From assembly GCA_023213395.1 (NCBI GenBank), contig CM041465.1, positions 177,141,741-177,205,740 of the forward strand: DNA of 64,000 bases. The letters are read 5' to 3'. Numbering within the stretch: position 1 is the stretch's first letter; every line of letters begins with the position of its first letter. Below the pieces are notes generated by a model that ran no database searches, had not been told where the DNA came from, and saw only the letters and a program-made list of their open reading frames with translations. This stretch comes from Cycas panzhihuaensis. Its lineage: Eukaryota > Plantae > Cycadophyta. The position numbers and the translations under genes are program-made. Below, piece by piece: positions 54,701 through 64,000 of this stretch.

Positions 54701-57511
54701 AGTTTAAGAACTCCTTAATGTTGGTATTATTAGGAAAAGTAAAAGCACTTTTTCTACCCTAGTGATTTTAGTAAAGAAAAAGAATGACTTATTTTGCATG
54801 CGTGTAGACTACCATGAGCTCAATAACATAATCATCAAGGATAAATTTCCTATACCAATCATCAATGAACTCTTAGATGAACTCTATATAGTAACGTTCT
54901 TCACATCATTGGACTTTCAGTCAGGATACCATCAAATTAGGATCGAGTAGAGGATGTTCATAAAATTGTATTTCATATACATAAAGGACATTATGAATTT
55001 TTAGTCATACTATTTGGCTTGACTAATGCCCCATCCACCTTTCAAGGACTCATGAACAAACTCTTTCAAACTTACTTAAGGAAGTTTATATTAGTCTTTT
55101 TTTATGACATTTTGATCTTTAATCGTACATAGGAAAACCATCTTCAACATGTTGATAAGGCATTACAGGTACTTATAGATAACTAGCTTTATGCTAAAAA
55201 ATTAAAATGTAAATTTAAGCAAATAGAAATAGAATATTTGGGCCATATTATCTCTCAACAAGGAGTCAAGGTAAATCCTAAGAAAATTGTAGTTATCACA
55301 AACTGGTCAAAACTCGAAAACATCAAGGGTCTTTATGGATTCTTATAAATCATAGGGTATTATCGAAAGTTTGTTCAGGGCTATACAAGGATTGCTTCCT
55401 CTTTAACTAATATGTTAAAAAAGGATTCCTTTTATTCGAATGATAAGGCCTTAGAAGCATTTAAACACCTAAAGGTGGCTTTAACTATCACACTTGTCCT
55501 CACAATATCAAACTTTATAACAACCTTCACCATTAAATGTGATACATCAGGGCAAGGCATTAGAGTAGTCTTAATGTAAGATGGGAAACCTTTGGCCTTT
55601 GAAAGTCATCAACTTACACCCAAGGAACAAGTCAAATCCACCTATGAGAAGGAGATGTTAGTAATTCTCCATGCAATTAGGAAATGATAATAATATTTAT
55701 TGGGAACATATTTCCAAATTAAAATAGACCATGATAGCTTAAAATATTTCCTAACTCAAAGGATGGCATCTGAGGAACAACAAAAATAGGTCACTAAAAT
55801 TCAAGCTTTTGAATTGAAAATCATATATAAAAAAGGTAAGGATAATATAGTTGTTGATGCTTTATCTTGTAAGGAAGAAGGCTCTACACTATATTCTATC
55901 ACTATAGTTAATCCCTCTTAGATAGTGGTCACTAAGCAAGAATGGGATCAGGACCCCTTTACAAAGTAGATCATTCAAGACCTTCAAGCTAGGGTAGGGA
56001 ATTCAACCCATTTTACATGGTCTACAAATATTCTCTGGTATAAGAATTAGATATATATATATGCCCTTACTCTAGCCTCAAGAAGCAAATTTTACATGAT
56101 GCAAATACCTCTCCAATAGTAGGTCACTCGGGGTTCCTACAGACATACCACTGCCTAAAAGAATCTCTTTTTTGGAAGAGATATAAAGAGATATATTTCC
56201 TCATGTGAAATTTGTCAATGACATAAGACAGAAACAATTAAGTGTCCAGGATTATTGCAACCCCTTCCCATACCAAATCAATGATAGGAAGAAATTTCTA
56301 TGGACTTTATCGTGGGTTTGCCTAAGTCAGAAGGAAAGAATACTATACTAGTGGTTGTTAATAGGCTAACTAAATATGCTAATTTTCTGTGGAATTCAAG
56401 CTATATATAAGGCAAAGAAAATTGTTGAGATCTTTTTAAGAGATATACATAGGTTGCACGGCATGCCCAAATGCATAGTCAGTGATTGGGACCCCAAGTT
56501 TACCAGCAACGGTCAAATTGAGGTGGTTAATATGTACCTTTAAGGATACCTTCATTGTTATACTTCAAATAAGCAGGGCCAGTTGCATCATTGATGTTTT
56601 TAACAGAATGGTGGTATAATACAACCTATCGTGCATTAGTAGGAATGACTTTGTTCTAAGCATTATATGGCTACGAACCACCCACACTTAAGAATTATGG
56701 CATAATCAATTCTAAGGTTTAAGCAGTCGAGGACCACATCTAATAAATAACATAGGTTTTTAAGCTACTCAAGGAAAATCTGAACCTTGCATAAAACTAA
56801 GTAAAACAACAGGTAGAAAAAGGGCAAAGTGAATGACCATTTCAACTAGGTGACTGGGTATACTTACAGTTGTAATCGTACAAGAAGGCATCTCTCAAAT
56901 AGGATGGATAATATAAATTATAACCTCAATTTTATGGGCTTTACAAAATTCTCAAGAAGATTGGTAAAGTTGCATATGCCTTAAACTTATCACCACCATA
57001 AAGGATCCATAATGTCTTTCATGTTTCATGTCTCAAGAGGGTAATTAGGCAACAAGTATAAGTTCAAATAGAATTACCTATCTTAAATGAGGAGGGGTAA
57101 CTTCAACTCATTCTAGAATGTATCATTAATTAAAGAATTTGATATCTATGATCCAGGCAAATCATTGAGTATCTCATCAAATGGAAATAACTTCTGCGAG
57201 AAGATGTAACCTAGGAGAAAGAACAATTTATCTAAGAGCATCCTAATATTACCAAGCTTTGAGGGCAAAGATTTTTTAAGGGGGGTACTTTGTAAGGGAT
57301 CCAACCACTAACTAACCTTCTCTTATATTCTCTTATATCTTCTACTTCTTCTCTCTCTTATATTCTCTTATATCTTTTATTTGTTTTACTTCTTTCCTCT
57401 TCTTAATATCCCACATGCATAAGTAGAAGGTTGTCTAGTGGTCATATAGTACTATATATATTCATGTAATATCCTACATGTATAAGGAGGAGGTTGTGTA
57501 GTGGGTATAGA

Positions 57512-57549
<38 letters not shown>

Positions 57550-57695
57550 CTTTAGAGTAGGGTATCTAAAATATTATTATTATTACATATAATTAGGAGG
57601 TTTCCTCCTCGAAGGGTATTAGAATATAAGTGCTCTTTTGGAGTTATTTGCATGTTATGTTGGGGAAATTATTATTAAGGAGTGGTATCCTATCA
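51738..57695 (+). mobile_element. Full-length degenerate Ty3/gypsy chromovirus (Reina-like size and organisation)
   Basis: LTRs at 51738-52128 and 57291-57695. Perfect TSD ATAGA. PBS TGGTATCAGAGC at 52131-52142. PPT at ~57278-57290. Protease ILIDSKGTHNFI, RT KDKFPIPIINELLDEL..SGYHQIR, integrase EISMDFIVGLPKSEG, chromodomain IIEYLIKWK..EDVT at ~57110-57240. Confidence 0.95.
57515..57547. repeat. (TA)n expansion in the chromovirus 3' LTR
   Basis: The 5' LTR has only CATATGTATATTTATG at the same position. Confidence 0.9.
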
Positions 57696-58347
57696 ATAGA
57701 TAATAGTACATATGTGTAAGAATGTTACAATAATGATAGTATTCAAATTACATCTCTTAATGAAGTATTCTGGGTTTATTACAAATTTATTTTTTTTTAA
57801 TTACAATTATCATTCCTTAAAAACCATCTATGGGTACATGGTATGAGTCATGCATAAGAATCATTATTTTGATCACATCTGATTGAATTGGAAGTAAGCA
57901 CTAAAAATGAAACTTTATAATCACTAAAGGTATAAAGTGTAACCCACATTGGATTTTAATGCTATAAAGTCTTTCTTTCAAATTGGAATTTTTAAGACTC
58001 CTAATGTCTTTTTATTATTCTAGGCTTATGTGATTTTTTAATGTCTCCTTTTTATGGCATTTGAGCACAATAAATATAACATCAAAAAAATGTAATTAAT
58101 TGGAGAAACCTTCCCTATTTATGATGAGCTATTTTGAGATATTTTTGAGATGAGAACTCTTTAATTTATAATATATTTTCTTCTAAATACTTGAAAAGAG
58201 AATTGGAAGTTTACTAGAAATATACACTAGTATATAACTAGATTAGGGCATATGAAATGAGCTAAGAGGGCCTCTTATATTGATGGGAAAGGTATCTATT
58301 TAATGTGGGTCATGGTTAAGTTATGAGGTAATTTTTTGTATTAGGGA

Positions 58348-58473
<126 letters not shown>

Positions 58474-58479
58474 CATAAA

Positions 58480-61400
58480 AAGGAATCTGAATTATAATAC
58501 CAAAGATATTACAATAATATACATGAGAAATCCTACCCACAACTAGGAAAATCTTGATAGAAACAAGATATATACACCTAGATATACTAAAAAAGAAATA
58601 CCATCTAAGATACATCCATAAAGATACTAGCAAAGGAATCAAAGATAAAAAAGATCTATAAGGGGTAATTGACATCCCTCCTTAGCATTAGGAAAATATA
58701 AAAGTGTAAAGAAGCTATCCTAGGAACAAATTTATCCTTAGAACATAAGAATCAAAAGATTAGTAAAAAACCTAAGGTAACCAAATCCCCTCCAAACTGT
58801 AAAGGAAAAAGAAACAATATGGATTTGACTACTAGTACATTGTCCTCAATCATAATTTAGCATATATCCACTTTAAACTCCTAAGGAATTATCTTATCTA
58901 AGGCAAAATCTATATTTATTTTTTCCTAATGTCCCATCACGCCTCTATTAGGTAGGAGGTTCTTAACCTTCTTTTCTCTTCTTTTAATATATTTGAAGGA
59001 AACATCCTTTAAGCCGTTAACAAGCATCATAATTTCCCTAAGAAAGAGTAAAATCCTCTAATTACTAATCTTTGTAATCTCTTTAACATTTTGAAGAAGA
59101 TTAATGATAAGTTTAGAGTCACCTCTTAAACATATCCATTTAAGACCTAAACTTTGAGCAATTTTAAGGATAGAAAGAGCTTCCATTGCCTCAACCATAT
59201 TATTTGTCACCTCACTAATATTTTAGGTATACATATAAACCACTTGGCCTCTATGATTTCTAATGATCCCTTTAATTCCTACTCTTCTTAGGTTCCCCTT
59301 AGATGCCCTATCAAAATTGGTTTTAAATATACCTTCTAGGGGTAGTAACCAAAGATAACCACTTTGATTAAGAGACTTATTTTGGTTGATTTTGGATCTC
59401 AAATTATCTCTAGAAATTCCTAAATAGTTACACTTTTTCTAAATCCTTCCATAACCTTAAGAGATACTCTTCTCTTTAATTCTTTAATGATAAAGTTTTT
59501 GAAATATTACTTAGGATCTTCTAAATAACCTAGGAGATTAGTTTACCCTTATTCTTGAAAATTCTTTAATTCCATTTCTTCCATATTTTCCATAAGATAA
59601 AACCTAACACAAGATCCTAGGCTTTCTATAATATCTTAGAATCTAATTTGAGACTGCTTCATTTTCCAAGGAGACATTGAATTCTAGACTTCCGTAGTGT
59701 CACCACTCTAAAATCTCTCTTCAAGAAGTCCCAACATTAAAATATTCCTTAACAATTGAGAAAAAGATAAGTTATATCGTCTTCCTTAGCAATATAAATC
59801 ACATATCTAAAGGGAGTAATGAAGCTTATTCATCTAATATTATCCTAAGTGAGGATGCTATTATACACTAATTCCTATAATAAGGTATAAATCTTAAGCT
59901 AGATCTTAAGGGCCTAGATTTTTTACCAAATCTTACCTTGATCAACCATCATACCCTCTTCCATTAAAAGCTCATGAGCCTACTTCATAGAGAAAGACTT
60001 ATTATATTTAAGATGCCATCTAAGAACATCATCATCAACCTTATAGGGAATAAGGTTTCTACTGAAGATTTCCCATAATTTATTTTTATCTTTCGAAGCA
60101 AGTCTCACAAGATTGGAGTCTAGAGATGTCTACCTTCTCATAACTAGAGAACCGATGCCATCCTAAGTAGAAGAGCCTAATAGGTAATTTAAAACTCTAG
60201 ATTGCATAGCCTCAAAGAAAACTTCCTTAATCTCATATAATTCCCTTAGCCTATATAGGAGTTCCTGGGCTTCCCAAGAGTCTTCCTAGAATAAAGCTTC
60301 CTCCCCATTTTGTGTTTCTTAAAAATAATTAGTTTAGATCAATTTTAAGCCAATTATGGTCCCATTAAAAATAATAGACCCCTTAATTAGCTCCTTAATT
60401 CTTATTAAATCCTTCTTTGCACTCCCTTTAATATGCTTTTCCCTTCATATATGAACATGTAAGGAACCTTCATCTTTCAACCATCTCCATATTAATTTTA
60501 TATTAAGGGCTAAATTGAGGAGCTTAAGTCATCTAATACTTGAACCACCTTGGCTCTTAGTCCTACAAATATTATCCCAAGACACCAAGGTATATTTCTT
60601 CTCTAGAGTTGCCCCTCCCCACAAGAAATCCTTCTAGATCCTCTTAATTGCTTTGATAATCTTGAGAGGAACTAAAAGTGCATAAAACATAAAAACAGGA
60701 AGAGCCTAAAGAACTGATTTGATTACAACAAGCCTTCTAGCTAGTGGTGAGACATTTAAATGGCATCCTACAAGCTTAAATTTAAACTTATTAAGAATCC
60801 ATTCCTAAGCCTTACATATTTGAACGTTTTCTATTAAAGTAATTCCCAAGTATTTGTGTGGCAAATAAGTAATGGGATAATTCAAACTTCTACTTATATT
60901 CCCTTGAACTCTATGATGAGTATTAAAAAGAAATTTTTTTATTTATCCTTATTGATCATACCCCCTAAGGCAACAAGGAATGTATTAAGGGCTTCCTTCA
61001 AAGTCCTAACTTTAGCCACTGAAGTTGCCCCTAATAGCATTATATCATCAACAAACTATAGGTAGGAGAGCGATTCAACATCTCTACCAATATGAATCCC
61101 TTTTACTTGTTTATCCAACTTTAGTTTAGTGACGAGTCTACCACGTTCTTCCATCATGATAATGATAAGGTGTAGGGATAAGAGGCCTCCTTAGCAATTT
61201 CCTCTTGACGATTTAAATTATGCGGTGGGAGACCCATTGATTAGAACTAAAAGGAAGATCGATGAAAAATAATTTAAAACCTATTCAATCCACTCCTTTT
61301 CAAAACCAAAAGTAGTCAAGACCTTATTGATAAATTACCAATTTAGGTAGTTAGGCTTTTAGCATATTAAGTTTCAAAAGCATTCCACTCCTACTACTCT

Positions 61401-62870
61401 ACCTTAAGGAATCTATGACTTCCATAGTAATAATGATCCCATCTAAAATTTTTTGGCCTACCATAAACCCCTCTTATTCCTTGGAAATAATATGGGGAAG
61501 GATCTCCTTTAAGCAATTCACCATGACTTTTGAAATAATTTTATAAGATGTATTATAAAAGGCTATTGACTAAAACTTATATGCTAATAAGGGCACCTAT
61601 TCTTTAGGAATAAGAGTTAAGAAAGTAGATTTCAAGGCTTGAAAAAATTTTCTTGACTTTAAAGGTTCCTCCATAAGTTTGACCACATCTTCCCCCATAA
61701 TATACTAAAAAGACTAATAAAAATTAGTAGGGAATCTATCAAGGCCTAGGGCCTTCCCAAGTTTCATACAAAAAACCTCTTTCTTCACTTCTTTAGTGGT
61801 AACTTCTTTAAGAAAGAGGCTATTATGAGACTCGGTAATAAGTTTTAGAATGACCTCATAAATAGATGTTCCAATCACCTATTAGTCAAGAGGCACTTCA
61901 TGGCCAAATCCATGAAATACCTTCTTAGATTCTCCTTAATCTTAGGCTTGGAGTTAACTATCACTCTATCTTGATCCCTTAATTCAAAGATTTTATTAAA
62001 TCTCTAATGCTTTAGTAAAGAAAGATGTAAAAGTTTTATATTTTTTTCTCCCTCCTACAACCACTTAATTTAAGATTATAAAAGGTCTCTTCTTTTAATT
62101 CTAGACTATCAATATCTTTCTAAAGACAAGCCTCTTTGGAGGTATTTTCCTTAGAAATTTCATCCTTCATAGTATCTTATAGAAATTGAGTTATCTTTTC
62201 ATCTAGAAATCTTCTTTGCTAAAAAAATCCCCAAAACTTAGCCTATTCCATTTCTTAATGTAATTTTTAAGGAATTTAAGATTTTATTCTTATTTAAACA
62301 TATGGTAGCCTCTATTGGGGTCATCCTTTTGTCATTATTTATTGACTTTGGATTTAAAACTAGAATGAGAAAGCCATATTTTCTCAAATGTAAACAAGGA
62401 ATTTCTTAGCTTAAAGCCTTCCATGATATAAGGATCTATAGGCCAATGGTTTAATCCACTTCCTTAAATAATATTTGATTTCATTATGACATTACAGATC
62501 ATTAGATTTTTATTAATAAAAAACCTATCCAACCTCTTTGCAATCTAAGCCTTTCTTACTTTGTGGTTGTTCTAAGTGAATAAACCTTCTCTTGGATGGA
62601 TATCTAGAATCCTTTAAGACATAATCCACTCTCGTAAGTTGATACTTGTCTAATCCAAAGTCCTCATTCCATCTCTCTTCTCATCTAGTTTGAGAATAGA
62701 GTTGAAATTCCTATTATTATCTAATTAGCATCATTAATGTTCCTTCTTATCCACTCCAAAGACTCCCAATAAGTAAGCTTCTGCTTAAGGTAAGTGGAAG
62801 TATATAGGTTTAAAATATTCACCATTATTCCATACTTGATAAAGTAGAAAATCCCATTGAGCCATCTTCT
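58480..62870 (-). mobile_element. Degenerate L1-type LINE ORF2 (endonuclease-RT-RNase H)
   Basis: APE relics (RLDRF ~62525, xNFNS ~62705). KALGLDRFPTNFY at ~61720-61760. RT SRGNC*GGLLSP (~61180-61210) and SYL*FVDDIML (~61040-61066). RNase H WLLPLEGIFKTNFDRASKGN at ~59290-59350. Confidence 0.88.
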
Positions 62871-62905
62871 ATCTATTAAGATCTTTATGTTTAACTATTA
62901 AGTAT

Positions 62906-64000
62906 TGTACTTTATATTATAAAATTGATGTACTTTATGTAAGGATGCCTTATCACCTAATGTGATAAAGTACACACCTACATTCTTTCTAGTGACATAA
63001 TATTATAACTTAAGGGTTAATATACCCTCATATACTTTTGCTCATAAAGAGAGCCTAAGGGGCACATCCCATATATAAAGGGTATAGCTTGGATGTTTAA
63101 CACTTGTTAAACATCCAACTGTCTAAGGTCCTCCACTTCTAAGTAAGGAGGTCAAACCTTATATATCAAACATGTGAGTGATTATTGTACTATATTATTT
63201 CTAATTTGAATCCAAGTCAATCTTGCTTATTTTAGAGTAACGACAAATTTCTACTCTTGTATATTTTGTGTTCTTCTTGTACTTGAGTTCATTTGCTTCA
63301 TGCTTACTTAGGTGCATATATTTTTAGTTGCTTATTGTTGATATTAATCATCTCCTTATACTAGAAAACTTCCTCTTCATGAGATCCTAAGAGTTATATT
63401 CATCATCAATTGGTATAAAGGTTGAATCCCATCTTCAACATTAGTATTGGAGTTGCTCAGAAAGGAGTGCTTATTGATTTTAGGCTTGAAGAAAGTTTAC
63501 CAAATCCTTGATGATGATATTCACTCTCTAAAGATGATCCAAGGTAGAGTTTGGCTCATATTTACACTATTTTTTCCCTTAAAAATACTTTTACAGGTCA
63601 AAAAATAATTAATTTAATTTCTAAAATTTTTTCTAAGGGTCAATTTATAATTATAGTAAGGAAATATAAAAATATAACTATTTTTCCTCAATTTTCTACT
63701 AAATAAAAATTAGTTTATAGGGTTTTCTTATAAAATATATAAGTTACTCTCTACTGGTGACTTCAAACCCTTTGAATTTTCTCATTATCTATTAATGACT
63801 ACACCTAGAAAGATTTCACTATGTTAAGTAAAATTTTCATGAAGCTGGGCCAAATTTTAAGGAGGAAAACTACTATTTAAAGACTGTTCTCTTACTAGCT
63901 TGTCTCTTGAGGCTCTTCGCACCTACTTATACCCTAGTTGCATACATTTTGAGTGTTAAAACTTACTTTGTAAGTGCATCTCATCTATAACTATTTATTT
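62906..64000 (+). mobile_element. Probable 5' LTR, PBS and leader of another LTR element truncating the LINE; runs off the window
   Basis: Ends ...CATCATCA-AT-TGGTATAAAG at 63401-63420 (degenerate tRNA-Met PBS). The left boundary is uncertain. Confidence 0.45.

Overview
AT-rich plant nuclear DNA. The host is probably a seed plant, because MORF genes are known only from seed plants and the TE landscape looks gymnosperm-like (inference). The window is dominated by nested retroelements and has one host gene. (1) A degenerate Ty3/gypsy element (-) is split by a non-autonomous LTR element (7836-25363, TSD AATGG). That element carries an apparently intronless, in-frame chimera of a vacuolar H+-pyrophosphatase (AVP1-type) N-terminus and a phospholipase D zeta fragment. 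(2) Inside it sits a younger Ty1/copia tandem array (10633-24849, four LTRs, one TSD). Its middle LTR is a D/A mosaic, all copies share the same inactivating stops, and each has a doubled PPT. (3) A 4-exon MORF8/RIP1-like organellar RNA-editing factor gene (-, 30367-31052) has an intact MORF box but no transit peptide, and its C-terminal tail is cut off by a stop. (4) Two related non-autonomous LTR elements are nested in each other (40715-50252 and 43238-48003). They have doubled PBSs, and the inner one carries a beta-1,3-glucanase X8-domain fragment. (5) A full-length degenerate chromovirus (51738-57695), an L1 LINE with RNase H, further relics and microsatellites. All translations and alignments were done by eye; no searches were run.
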